From the NCBI RefSeq assembly GCF_031769215.1, contig NW_026782437.1, positions 186,001 to 250,000 on the forward strand: DNA of 64,000 nucleotides, in the 5' to 3' direction. The DNA is from Ylistrum balloti. Its lineage: Eukaryota. The stretch's first letter is position 1, and every line of letters begins with the position of its first letter. A program made the position numbers and the translations under genes. Under the pieces are notes generated by a model, which saw nothing but the letters and a program-made list of their open reading frames with translations, was not told the origin of the DNA and did no database searches. This document shows positions 1 through 13,897 of this stretch, piece by piece.

Positions 1-92
1 AATTACATGTGTAATGACATTGATGTAGCAGGTGTTATTACTTTGGCAATGGGGTGGTAATGCAATTGATATTTATATGATCTTTAAACTAG

Positions 93-3000
93 GATGGTGT
101 TTACCATGAGGATATCGGCTATGGAGTGAGTGAAGGTATGAAATCTAAAGCTCTGTCCATAGAGAAAGCAAGAAAGGAAGCTGTGACTGATGGCCTGAAA
201 AGGGCTCTGAAGTAAGTCTTAAAAATTATCTAAATGTGAGTGATGACCTCAAAAGGACTCTGTATCTCTAACTATTTATTGAAATGTGGCTGATGGCCTG
301 AAAATGGCTCTAAAGTAAATCTTTTAAGGTATCTTAATATGACTTATTACCTCAAAGAGCTCTGAAGTACTGAAATAAGTCTGTCTAACTGTGACTGATG
401 TCCTGAAAATATTAAGCTTATTACAGGACAATAAGCCCAGGAATCAAGCACCTTTAATAAGGGTTTAGGCTTATAATAGTACAAAAAATTTTAGGTATCA
501 AACATCTTTTAAGAAGGGGCTAGACTTATTAAAGTACAAAAAGTGCAGGTATCAAACACCTTTTAAGAAGGGGTTAGACTTATTAAAGGACAAAAAACGC
601 AGGTATCAGATACCTTTAATCAGGCTTCTTACTGAACAGTGAAACGCATTTGCTTCTAATCTTGCTACACAACACAAGATATGGATGGGTTTAATACCAG
701 ATATGGACTTTTTACCGCAAAATTTATTGGTGTTTGATGTTAGCGAGGAGGAATTGATGAATATTTGAATGTTATTCAGTGTAATTTTTATTTGATGCAG
801 TCTCTCTTTTGAATTATTTATCGTTTAGGAGTTTTGGAAATTCTCTTGGAAACTGTCTTGGAGACAAGGACTACTTAAAATGTATCAACAAAGCCCCAAA
901 ACCAGTAAGTGATATGATTGGATGTCTAGTGTTTGTTCAATTTACTTGTATGTCTGTAGATCAGATAATGTGCTCAGCTAGGTAAAGGAAGTTTTATTTT
1001 TATGCTCCCCAAAACTTTTTGGAGGAGCATGTAGTCGCTACCGCCAATATTTTGTTACTGACTGTCAGAATTTTTTTTTTTTTTTTTTCAATATCATATG
1101 CCATGGCTATTTGGGAAAGGTCTTCTATATCTGTAAGCTCAATGTTTTCCAGACACCCCAGGCCTATGAAATAGCCCACATGAAACACACAGATATTGAT
1201 GTAGATATCAGTAAAGTTCGGAGAAGTGGACGTATAGGGATGGACCAGGGTAAAAGAACATGGGGAACCGTCACGCCGTTACACCCCCAAGCTGACTCAG
1301 GTATTAGTGCAGACACAAGAGAAACAACCCACAGCACTACAGGCAGTTCAAGGGAGGCAACTACACACAGTGGACCATCTAACACAAACTCTGGACGATC
1401 CACCAAATCTGAATGGACCCCAGCTGAACTTGTGTTTGCGGGTCCTGAAACTAATACATCCCAGGCTTCATCAGTACACCAGGTGTCCACACGTCGGGGC
1501 TCCCTACCTGCCAATCAAAATAAGACCCCTCTCCTGCCCCCTAGTGGAGAATCGTCTGGTCAGTCCTCGACCAGTCACAGGAGGACACTCTCTGTACAGT
1601 TAGTGGACCCTCAGTATGGAGATAAGTGAGTTTCTGTGAAAATTGTTTCACTATAAATGATATATTCTATCAGGTACATCTAAATCTATTAATGTCTTCA
1701 GTTGCTCTCCTTTAATCAGTTTCAATTGCATGGTTGTCCACAAAGAAATGTCTTGCTATTTGTGTCGTTATATTTGCAAAACTTACATAACCTATGGTTT
1801 CTAGGAATATAAAGGGATATTCTTGGTGTAAATCATTTACACGCAAAATTTTATGGTAAATAATCTTTCATACATTGATATCATTTTTTCAAACGTAATT
1901 TGGTAGAAAAATCTTACTTCACTGTATGGATACACTAATGGCTTATTCAACTTGTTTTAATGCATGTCAGTTACTCTGTATGTACATGGTTAGAGAGACT
2001 GGAAATTCATGTCATAATCGCCACTTGATGATGGAAATGTATATAAATTATGTTATAGTAAAGATGATGAGAAAATGCGGAATGAAAGAATACATCGTCA
2101 AAGACAGAAGCAAATAGAATTCCAGCAAAAGTTGAAGAATCAGGTCCAGTCATCAGACCAAACAACACTTAATAACATAGGTAGGTTATGCATCACACAC
2201 TGGTCCATTTACAATTTATGTTTTTTTTTTTTTTTATGTCATTCCCTTTTATTGAAGGGAGGCAGACATATTGTTTTAGTTCATGTTCTACTGGTTAATA
2301 TTTTGGTTCTTCTAATAGCTTCTTGTTCAAACATTAACTTTTAATCATTAAAATTATCTTACTGAAAGTCACTGTTTACCTTGATTTACTAATTGATGTT
2401 TTGGAAGATTATCTTAAAATAAAGTATTTTAAGGTTATATATATATCTAGCTGTTATTTAGCTTCTCTGGTTGTAGGCCCTCCTATGGCAGCGTCCACTC
2501 CTGCTTACCCCTTGGGGCCTCCCATCAGCACATCCAGCCCCAAACCCAACATAGGAAAACGTAGAGGTCAGCTTGGAAACACTGCACGTCCACAGAGTAA
2601 CTCAGACCAGCCAGATAATGACAACAAAGACCAGCTGCTGATTGAGGATGGCAATTTTGGTCAGTTTAATCACACAAAAATGCATTTAAATATAATTTTG
2701 TAGTTTAAATCAGGGTTAGAAAGAAGAGGATTACTTAATCATAGTGAAGACATGTGTCTCCTGGTGTACAATGTAAACTGTTCATACTAGATAATTGGTT
2801 CCATTTTGCAATTATTGAATCAACAAGAAATAGGTGTATATTACATTTCCGAGGGCACTGTGACTCTGCCATAGGGATATTATCCAGCTCTTTGTGATGT
2901 CATTAGTCCATAACTGTAGATACTATGTTCAATGGTGGCTTTTATCAAAATTTCTCTTGGTCTGTCAAGTTATTCCCTTTGTTCAGGAACAATGAATTTT

Positions 3001-4773
3001 GAGACAGCAATTGGTCAATGAAAGAGGAATTTCTGTAGGATGTTGAAGGTGAAAATAGGAATTTATTGTGTGTTTTTGTGTCATAAAAACTATTAGGGTA
3101 TTTAGTGTGTGTGTTTGTGTCATATAAAAATAATTATGGTATTTATTGTGTGTTTTTGTGTCATATAAAAATTATCAGGGCATTTATTGTGTATTTATGT
3201 CATACATAAATCATTAAGTTACATGTTATGTGTTTAGCTTGTTTCTTAGGATTAAATTTCTTATTTACTTGGATAGTATAGTTGAAGACAACAAAGAATC
3301 AACCACGCTGAAGTTAATCAGAGCACTGCTACATACCACTATATACTTAACATTTCATACCATAGTCCACATTTAATTTCATGTTATGAATGTACTGTAA
3401 ACACAGGTATTTCTGCGAGGGTTTCATAATGTGATTCCATTGTGTGTGCCCTTTTTCTATAGTATGTTTAAATATACCTGCATACATCTGTTTAGTCTCT
3501 CTAAATGCAATGATTTTATGAGAAATACTTTTTATTCCATAATGACACAAGGCTACAAAAGAAATACAAACAGTATTTAACCATATTTTGAAAACATGAA
3601 ATTTCACTTCTGAATCTATCTGGGTTTTTTTTTTTATGTAGAAGATGCTGAAATATGGAGTCAGTCCTTGGATTTGGAGAATATAGAACCTATGGAAGGG
3701 ACTAATACAGGGAAGGAAGTGAAAAGTTTAAACAAAAGTCGCACAATTTATAGCAACAACAGGAAGGCTCGGACACCAAGTAAACAGACAGGTAACACAG
3801 AACAGGGTACTCCAAAAGATGTCACTCTCAACAGGCACTACCCTGTTACAAAGGCTGCACTACCTAGGAAGATGCCTGGACAAAATCCCCCAGGTATGTC
3901 CATACTGTCTTCCTTACCTCAAAGGTAGATCTCTGCGGTCTACCAAAGCCAATAAGGTAATTTACCATTTACCCAAGATTTACCCCAGTTTGTATTTATC
4001 TAAATTCAAGGTGGACTTATTTATTATTGAGCAAAACAAGGAGACATTGAATCTGATGTTTTAGTTTGGTTAGTCATCATTATATCCCTTGCAATGAAGT
4101 GGATATGGTATATTGGAATCACCCTGTCTGACCATTCATCAGTTTTGAATATTTTGTCCAATGTATCTGAAGCAATATTTTTCAAACTTTGCATGCTACA
4201 TCCTTTATATATAGTTGTGCCCTTCACTTTTCATGTAAAGTTGATCAAATGCTACAGCTAATTATAGCCTATATTTTGACATATTTGGTGTTCAAAACTG
4301 TTACCATGGAACCACTTTGAAGGCTTCTGATTGGTCGAAATAGAGATATTATCTGACTAAGTTGAAAATTGGTAAAAAAAGGTTTAGGAGGATGACATAT
4401 ACAATGATATCAAGAAAAACAATTGTTTCCATTTGGTTGCCATGGTGACAAATGAAGACCTTTTTGAGGAATCTTGTTTGGACAATCTCTCCAAATCTAT
4501 TGTTAATTGGGAAGTAGGGGTATTAGTCAGCCATCCTTGTGACAGTTCTAGTTTGCTTTTAATCTTGTATACTAGAATGTCAGTTTCACAATGCATATCT
4601 TAATTGTGGATTGTGCAATTGGTACAATAAGACTAAATACACCTAAATACCACAAATAGCCCTTGTATCACCCAATGGTCATGTAACTGATATCATCGGA
4701 AATTTACTTGTGACTACATTTACTTACAGATGATTACAATGCAGTCCAGAAAAGACGGAGAGTTGATGTATGA
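93..4773 (+). CDS. RAD52: DNA repair protein RAD52, 3' part (upstream exons lie outside the window). Exons: 93-211, 829-904, 1153-1625, 2059-2180, 2477-2659, 3642-3893, 4730-4773 (stop TGA)
   Basis: Exon 93-211 translates [40 protein letters not shown] and 829-904 [25 protein letters not shown], the conserved end of the Rad52 annealing domain. Later exons give a low-complexity linker, [32 protein letters not shown], and a basic C-terminus QKRRRVDV* (NLS-like). All junctions are AG/GT with matching phases. The C-terminal exon boundaries, especially the 2659 donor, are less certain. Confidence 0.93.
181..412 (+). repeat. Degenerate ~52-bp tandem repeat copied from the RAD52 exon 3' end and splice donor (about 5 copies including the exonic original)
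   Basis: The exonic unit ctgtgactgatggcctgaaaagggctctgaagtaagtc recurs as gtgagtgatgacctcaaaaggactctg (~236), gtggctgatggcctgaaaatggctctaaagtaaatc (~286), tgacttattacctcaaagagctctgaagtac (~340) and ctgtgactgatgtcctgaaaa (~389). Confidence 0.7.
445..625. repeat. Degenerate 54-bp intronic tandem repeat (3-4 copies)
   Basis: aggtatca(a/g)a(c/t)a(c/t)ctttt...gactta recurs at ~493, ~547 and ~601. Confidence 0.7.
3061..3235. repeat. Degenerate ~38-40-bp intronic tandem repeat
   Basis: atttattgtgtgtttttgtgtcata...atta(g/t)gg is repeated 4-5 times. Confidence 0.7.
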
Positions 4774-5019
4774 CATCGTCATTAAAACTTTTCATATTCC
4801 ACCATACAGACATTTGGAATAGGTTGGATTGGACATGTATACAATGGTGGTAAATGGCAAGTTCTATTAGAGGAAGTTCCTGTTGTGTTTGTTTGCTGGC
4901 CTGGGGTAGTATGAACAAGAGTGCAATATTTTCAGGAAAATAAAACAGAACTTATCCTTCCCTCTACAGATTTATTCAGATTGATTCATTCATACTCATT
5001 GTAAAATCTACATTGTAAT

Positions 5020-5135
5020 ATATGCATTGCATTATATACTTTGTAATATACACATTGTAATAAATTCATTGTAATATATACTTTGCAATATATTCATTGT
5101 AATATATTCATTATGATATATACTTTGTAATATGG
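5020..5135. repeat. Low-complexity AT-rich tandem repeat downstream of the RAD52 stop
   Basis: Repeated tatatactttgtaata / ttcattgtaata units. Confidence 0.6.
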
Positions 5136-6194
5136 CTGCATTTACATTCTTATATAAATCAGAAACATCTCTCATGTTGTCTTTGAGATCTGTTGAATTG
5201 ATACCAAGTTCATCACAAACATGAAGTAGGGAACTCCTTATGGTTAACCAAGCTTGGATGTGTTGGGGTATGTGTGTATGTGTGTGTGTATGTTTTTTTT
5301 TCTTGCAATTTGAAAATATAAATTGTACATGTATATTGAAAGAGCAAATCCTGTATACTATACTCATCCTGGAATAAGCCCAGGGGGAAATACATTCCTT
5401 TTTACTTAAAATCAGGTGTGTTAATCAAAGAATGATTAGAAAGATGAATAGCATTTCCTCATTACTCTGCTGAACAAGAGTTAAAATTTATGGGTGGGCT
5501 TATTAACAGACCTGGGCTTGTTACCAAATAGCTACAGCATTTGTTTTTAGTGAATGATTGATGTTAATTGTTTTAAGAAATTGTTGATATTATTACCATA
5601 AAAACCTATCGTGGACAATCCATTGAACTGTATGTTCATATTTGTGGTGTAATTATTCTCGATAGCCTATTTATAAATGCAGCTACAGTATCTAGTGAAT
5701 TCATTTTAAGAACTCCGATGAAATAGTGTAAATAAGAAGTATTGTATTATAATATTTAATTGTTTATATTTGTCATCATGAATTTGTTGGAATTATATAC
5801 ACTTGTTTGCAGTATAATTAAAGTCCTCTACATGAAGAAAAAGTTTTAATTTATTTTTTTATATCCTTGCCATTTAATGTAGAGGGAGAAAGTAAATAGT
5901 GATACTTATGTCAGCTCATATCTGTCCTGTCAGACCTGTTCTGCCCTTACATGATTCAATGTCATATCTTAAGAACAGTTCAAATTTACCCCTGAGTATC
6001 ATTGAGAAGTTCGAATTTACCATAGAGTATCATTGAGAACAGTTAAAATTTACCACAGTATCATTTAATGTCATGCTCTACACTGACTGATCAAGTACTG
6101 GTTTGCGTCAAGAGTGGATATACTGACATTTTGTAAAGAGAGAGAAAGTTTAATCCCCACCACTCTTCTTGGTCCCATGTTTTACCAATGTCAA

Positions 6195-6710
6195 TTTTTA
6201 GCTGACCTGGCCCAAAGGGCCAAGTGAGGTTATGCCATACCACGGCGTCCGTCGTCTGTCCGTCTTGTGTCCATCAACTTTTCATTTAAACAACTTCTTC
6301 TGAAATACTGAAAAGCATAGAGTTATCATATTTGGCTGGAAGGTTCCTTTGATGAAGCCCAACAAAGTTTGCAAAAAGAAATGACCTTGACCCATATTCA
6401 AGGTTGCAGAAGTCAAATGTGTTTAAACCTTTAAACAACTTCTCAAATATCGGAAGGTCTAGAATCATTATATAAGGCTACTATGTTCCTCTTTTGGTGT
6501 CCTACAAAGTTTGCTAAAAGAAATGACCTTCACCAATCTGCAAGGTCACAGGTGTCAAATAAATTGGTTAAACAATTTCTTCTCAAATATCGAAAAGCAT
6601 AGAATCATATTTGGCCAGTATGTTCCTATTATGAAGCCCAAGAAAGTTTGCATAAAGAAATGACCTTGACCCACAGTCAAGGTCACAAGGGTCAAATGTG
6701 TTAACCTTGG
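6195..6710 (+). mobile_element. Non-autonomous Helentron-associated (HINE-type) element: 5' end plus about three internal ~141-bp monomers, 3'-truncated
   Basis: Starts tttttagctgacctggcccaaagggccaagtgag (GGCCC-AAA-GGGCC hairpin), followed by a cgtccgtcgtctgtccgtc microsatellite-like tract. Monomers begin aaagcatag/aaggtctag at ~6312, ~6454 and ~6594 and carry the gaccttgac motif. This layout is typical of bivalve HINE/satellite-carrying elements (recalled, not searched). Confidence 0.75.
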
Positions 6711-9700
6711 AACATATGCACAGCTATAGTACTGTTGGTCATAAAGATCCAAGTGAGGTTGTGGAAAAATGGTCAACAGGTTGTCACATTTGATTTGGTA
6801 ATCTGGAGATTGTTATTAATCTTTGAACACAAAACACTAGATTTATCATTCTTAATTTATAGATGTGGGTTTCCAGTGTTGAATGATACAGAGATTCATT
6901 CACCTATCTATACAACAAAGAATTACACATATGAGCGTATGAGGCACAAATACAGGAGGAATAATCATTTGATAGTGTTAGGATTCCTCTTTGTTAATGT
7001 CACATTTTCAGGTATTGGTAACCTTCATTTATGTTTAAATCTGTTAATTTTCATGGGTGAAAACATTCAAGATTTTCTAACAAAATGGTTGAATTATGTT
7101 TTAACAAATGGAATTTCACGATCTAGATGTAAATTCATCTTAGACACATCTCATTACAACAGAAAATAACAGACTACACATTACTGTGTAACAAATTATT
7201 TGTATAAAAATGACAGACACAGAATTTGTTTTCCACGTTTTTATTGCATTTTTTGTCTTTTATCCTTTTTTCTGTGTTTTTCTTTTTACGCATGCTACAT
7301 TGGCATAATACACCATTTCCATAAAAGGTATATGTATATATATTTATATATATAGATAGATGGCTGTGTTCTTACTTTACATCAGTGGCCAAGCCTGTTT
7401 TACACACAGGAAAAATGAATACTGTGATTAAAAGGCCATACACAACCCCTAATACAAAAATGTTTTCAATGAGCGAGCTGAAGAATACACACTGCTTTTC
7501 AGTATTTCAAGGAAAGACATTCCCTTAAACATGCTTCTGAATAATTCAAATTTACAATATCCTTTATCAAAATGACTTGATGATATTGATATACATCTTG
7601 AACTCTACTAGAAATACTTCTATTCTTAAATTCATGATAAAAGATGCCAACATGGGAATCGGTTATGATGATAACAATGTTACATACATATAAATCTACA
7701 GCCCTTTCACACCAAAGAATATCACCTACATGATTTGGTAAAGGCTTTGAGGTGTGCATGATTTTTCAGAGAACTTCCTACTGAGAACAACTGCTACAAA
7801 CTTCAACAAACGAAACACAGGAGATTGCACTTTGGAAATTTAAGCAAATATTTGAAATCTTCAGGTCATTGCACTACAAATCTAGAGGACATTCAAGACT
7901 GGACAATAACCAAAAAGATGTGTCTGGTAATAACACAATGGCAAGAGAATGCCTTCACTACACATACCATACTCAGACATATTTAAGAACAAGCTATCTC
8001 AACAAGCCGCATTCTATTTCATAAGTTTTTCAATGATATAAAATGTCCCCTTCCAAAAATTTGCATCTTTTCAGTATTCTTACTGAAACAAGTTTCAAAA
8101 CAGTCATAAGGTTGGAAACAATTTAATCATATTGGTGTTACTTCTCAACTGATAGTCCAACTATTTCCTGTTGAAAGAAGATCATTGCAATGTTTTATAA
8201 AGAAAATTCACATCTTCAACATCAGATGAAACATTCCAAGGCAAATAAAATATCAATTTTTTAAAGTTTTATGAAAAATCCTTTATGAAAAACAATACAA
8301 AACATACAGCACTATTATACATGTAAATCTAATTTTTTCTTTGCTTTTTAATGTGATTTTTCATATTGTGGCTTTTATAACAAAAATATGGCTTGAACTT
8401 AAATGACATGTCAATTTGTGGTGGTCTTTGAAAACATTCAATCATAAAAACAATTTATACAGTTGTACCACATATACAAAAGGCAATAAGTGTACATCAT
8501 AAGTAGACATCAGAGTACAGTAAAACCTGTCTTATCAGAACAGTTTTAAAGAATTATGGTCAGATTAAACAGGTTTCTTCTTTATGTATGCAAAAAAGTG
8601 TACAATGTAAACCAATGTTATGCATACTGGTTTTGGTTAAAAAAGCAAAAAGTGAATATTTTCGGTCAACTTATTATTAGACTTTATTCGGGTAATCCTC
8701 CTTTGTATGCTGGCAGTTGAATAGATAAAAATGAAAACCAGATACTGATATTAAATGTAACAGCTGTTCACATCTACAAAACAAGGTTACGGTTCTAAAC
8801 TTCAACACTGACTAGCAGAACAGAACTGAAATAAATTTAAGCGTAGTGAAACATTAAACAGATATATATATAAATAAAAATATCACATAAGCATTTAGAC
8901 ATTTTAGTCATGTATGTCCTTTGTCATGCACAGCTCAACTCAAATTGCAAACTTGTGCATTTGATATCACAAAACAATAAATAACACCATTAAACCCAAT
9001 AGTTTCCTACTGATATTTAGATAGTTCCATGAAATCCACAGCGACCAAATGTTTAACATTTTGTATAACTCTAAAAGTTAGTTTCAATAGGGAATCATAT
9101 GGAAGGGAGACAACTTTTGTGAATGTTATAAATTAGATCTTGTTAAAATCCAAAGCACCAGAGATTTGCCACTATTTCAATTCAAATCTTGTGATTCTGC
9201 ATATCTATTTTCAATTTTGCCTTTTTTCATTTCAGAAATAAACAAAATACTATACATTGTAGTTCATGTGTCATTAAAATGTAAAGGAAAAATAATTCCA
9301 CATTATTTATAGTGCCGACTTTGATGTCAAAGGAAGTTGAACACTTTCTCTGTAAGAAAATAAATGTGATCAAGTGTTGATGAGTGAAACATGTTATCAG
9401 AAAAAGGTTACTGAAACATAATGAATATACAATATCAATGTTGGTTACCAGCTGATAACAATAACAATACAGTCATGAGATATTTCCATTCTGAACTGGA
9501 ATATTTCCAAGTTACATATGGCAATAAAGTCTCTAATCCAGGCAAAAACGTTTTCAACAAACAAATTCTCTTTCACGATTTATGTGTATATTGTAACCGA
9601 ACACATTGCAGTTCTAATATGACTCACTTTCCTCCAATCTTGTATAAAAAAAAATATCCTTGAGTATGACTATAAACTATTCACCATTTTTTTTTTACTT

Positions 9701-11554
9701 TTTTTTTTAAATCTATGAAGATAAATGCATTGTTACATTAACTTCACTTAAAAGCTGTTCAAAGTGAGGTAGTAATGATCATCGGAGTTAAAAAAAAGAT
9801 TGACTTGAAAGCAAGGAAAAGTTGAAAATACACAACACACAAACATCACACACCTTTCCTTTAAACTTTCCAAACTTCAGGTATCAAAACAAACATGACT
9901 TTGATCTTAAGTTTACAAACAATATTCATAATCTGAAGTCGTGAATCATCCATCCACTTATTTTTGGTCTATAGAGTGAAAGATTGTGTTTCCTAAGTCA
10001 TATGATTTAATAAACTCACAAATGCCATAGCTTTAATAGCTAATCCATATGAAACACAACTTCAGCACGAGGCAGATTTTCCATTACCAAGCTTCTCCTC
10101 AATATTTGTGTGTGTACATTTTACATATTAAAATGCAAGCCTCATACATATACATGTAGTAAAATAGCTGAGGCATCCAGATACATCAACATGCCACAGT
10201 TGAGGTTAAGATTTATTAAGTACAGAAAATTCAAGCACCAAACTTACTTAGTCTATTAAAATTTTACAAAATGTATACATTGTACATATGCCTGCATGTG
10301 TTGGGTGTCTATCTACATCGTAAGTAAAACAGTGTAGTATAGCATGGTATATTTGGTATGGTTATTTATCATTGAATAAATATCTATGTGATTAAAATTA
10401 ATAAATGTGAAAAAAAAAATCAATAAAATTATCATAGTTATTGACATGCAAGTAAATATATTAAGAATTATTTATATCTTTAAAAATAAACACATATATA
10501 TATATTCCTCAACCAAAATGTGGATATTGTTACTGGAGTAGTAATAAAGTCTTATCTCCTGACACAAGTAAGAGCTTCCATAAGAATATTTTAGCTAATA
10601 GGCTAACAGCTATCAGTTATCTCCCTTCTTAATAAAAGTTATCTCCCTTCTTGAATTTCTGGAGCTTTTTTTCATGTTCTTTCATAATCTGGAATATTTT
10701 TTTCTCCACGAACCATTAAAGAACTTTTTTCAGAAAGAAGATTCTAGTAAATATAAAGTAACAAGCAGCCTTTTATAGCTGTTTATCAGCACTTCATACA
10801 AGAATAACATATATATTGTCATCATTCTCTGTGTAGAAAATAGATTCATTTCAGGAGAGAAAAGTACAAAATTTCAACCAATGTAATTTGGTGATGCCAG
10901 TTGATTTCTATATGTTTATATAGAATGTCACACGTCCTTTGTACCCTTGAGAAATCAAACGGTCATGTGTTTTGACAATAACAAAAACAAACAATAGTTC
11001 CGTGTGAAGTTCACTACAGCAACATAAAGTGTTACACTTTGTTGTTGTACCAAGTATAATACCATTTTGCTTTATCACAACTAAATTCTTGTAAAACCCT
11101 GAACATGTTGGGAACAATGACATGGGCTATGTGACATACTCATCTACTTAAAATTTACTTACAGTACTAAACACTTAATTAGATGTTGTTTATAAATAAT
11201 ATACATCCACAATAATTTATACGGGTAACTCAGCAACATACCAAATGTCACTAAAGACATCATGCCCACTGACCAAGTAAGTACTTCTTTGGATCTGTTA
11301 CCTAGTTCTTCACCCTTTACTTCATATGATATAGTTCTATAACAGGCATTTGACGAGACCTCAGCCAACATCAATGTTTCTAATGAGTGTGGTGATCAGT
11401 TGATTTTCCTTATTTAATGTCACACTGTTTTTTTGAAAATGAAAAATAACTACCCGTATGCCAAATGATTCAACATTGGCCAAAATTTTCTCAAACTCCA
11501 CACGAAAATTGATTTATTCTTCAATTGCTAAGCTGTGTATTTTGATTATATCTG

Positions 11555-11805
11555 GATCATGTGACCACATCATTCTGAATCACATGACCAGGGTAATCCT
11601 GGACATGTGACATCATTCTGAATCACATGACCAGAACAATCCCAGTCATGGGACCTGATCATTTTATATCACATGACCAAAACAATCCCAGTCATATGAC
11701 CAGATCATTTTAAGTCACAAAACCAGAACACTCAATCATGCGGCCATAACATTTCCAGCCACATGAGCAATACATTCCCAATTATGTGACCAGAACATCC
11801 CCAGT
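11555..11805. repeat. Degenerate tandem repeat rich in TCACATGACC motifs
   Basis: Recurring tcacatgacca(g/a)aacaatcccagtca and catcattctgaatcacatgacc units. Confidence 0.6.
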
Positions 11806-13897
11806 CAAATGTAGGGATAAATAAAAAACATGTGTGCATCATATCAGATACACAGTGTCACAAAAGTCTAGATATCATCAGTGAAAAAAAAATCCTTTAA
11901 GAGGGTACATGTACAAAAATCTGTACCCACATGTATTCAGTGATAAAATACAAGTAGTGACATGATACAAATACATCATCAAGTACCCTGTCCTCAGTGT
12001 GCTCCTTCATATGTGGGCAACAGTCATAACATAAAGGCAGCGAAAAACCTGTTTATCTTATTGTTGTCTGAAATACCATTCTCTTTGGCAAAAAAATTAA
12101 TTTACCAAAAAGATAATTAAGGATATCCATCTTACTGTACAAAGTCTGGGAGTGTGTAGATCTTGTTTATACTTCTACACAAAATCCATTGTAAAAAAAA
12201 ACATTTATAATTCAGAAAGGAGCAATTACAATTTTCCTTTCATCTGATTAGTTGAATGACCATAAAAACCTGTGTAATTTGGAATAAAGTCTGAGGTTTG
12301 AGGTACACAAGTTACTAAGATATAGATGTTTTCATGTAAACTTTATGAATAACTTTTTCCCAGATAATAGTGACCTACCCAACAAAAATTTATTAAGATA
12401 TCTTCATACACAATTTTTTTAAATACTGGCTAATGAGCTTATAAATTATTTTTAATTATAGCTAAAATGAAAGTGACATTTTGATAGAATGTGACAGGTC
12501 ATTTTATGATAAATGTAAGATCATTAAATTAATAAACTAATAAGAAAGGTCAAAGGTCAGGCCTTACATTGTATAACCAATCATTGCATAGTCAATAAAA
12601 AATACACGATCAAGAATATATTTTAAAAGTATCTCTTCAATGTTACTATCACATGTGTAAATTAAATTACGCAAATGCTTTATGGTCGGTTGTCTTTTAA
12701 TCTTCAATGAGTTACCTTTCTGCAATTACATTTAAAATTGTTATTAAACATGGTATTTCTTTGTACTTTCTCAACTTGTCAAGTACTTTTTAGAAATCAA
12801 AATAATGTTTTATGGCTACTAATAATATTTCTGACAGAAAATCTTCAATTTTTTGGTATTAGTTTTTTTTTGTAACACATAGATATCAAGACAGCATGAA
12901 TAAGGAAACACTTGGCAAGTCAAAGATGTTTGGAATAGCCTACACAATTCAGTGTGAAATTCAGTGACTTGTTGACTTAAAAGTTGTTTGCTAAGTGGTA
13001 CAATGCAATTGCAGAAAATGATTGAAACATTCCCATTGAGCACATAATACTGCAAATAATGAACATATACTGCTGCATGACCATATCATGATCAGCAGTC
13101 AAATTCAGGTATAATGTGATAACTTTTTAAAAGCCCTATTTCTTTGATTTCTGCAGCATTAAAAAAAATTCATTTTTCCAGCAAATACATTTTTTGTGAA
13201 TTTGCTATGCTTATAATATATATAAATGTCAAGAAAAAAAACATTAACCTAGAAAATCTTTGTACTCAATTTCTTAAAGTTTAAATAGGTTTCCAATAAA
13301 AGTGGCCTCTAAATGCTGGCTAGTTGCCATCTCTTTCTCTTGAAGTACTTTACTCACTTACTTATGTTTCTACTCATACTTAATAAGTTTAAATTAAGCA
13401 CATCTTGAAACATTACATGCAGAAACATCATGGTCTTTATATCTACCAGATATATCATATCTAGAACTCTCCAATGATAAGTATGAAAAGTATAGCGTTA
13501 TCAATTGTACCTATGTAAATATATGTGGGTGCCTATAAACCATAATGCTCCAAGACTGACGTCTTCTATGAATAATCTCAGTGGTATAAAAAAGCAGTTC
13601 CTTTTCTTTTAAATATGGGCCAAAATGATTACTTACAGGGTTCTTTTTTGACAAAAATTACCATGAGCTTATGAAATGTTTCTACCAATAATTTTCAAAG
13701 CATGTTAAATGTATATGGAACAATTTTCATAAATGCTAACTTCGGCAAACTGGTTATAAGTATCTATATATAGAAATGTGTTAGAATGATTACATTTGTA
13801 TGTAAATCCTTTTTTAAAGTTTACATAACAATATTAAATTAATTTCCCACCTGTCTGAAATGTCACAAAGAGATAGATTTGCAAGATGTCCAATTTT

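Noticed and set aside
6735-7169. 144-aa ORF and other isolated 60-110-aa ORFs in AT-rich intronic or intergenic DNA
   Set aside because: Non-ATG starts or low-complexity composition, no motifs and no supporting splice structure.
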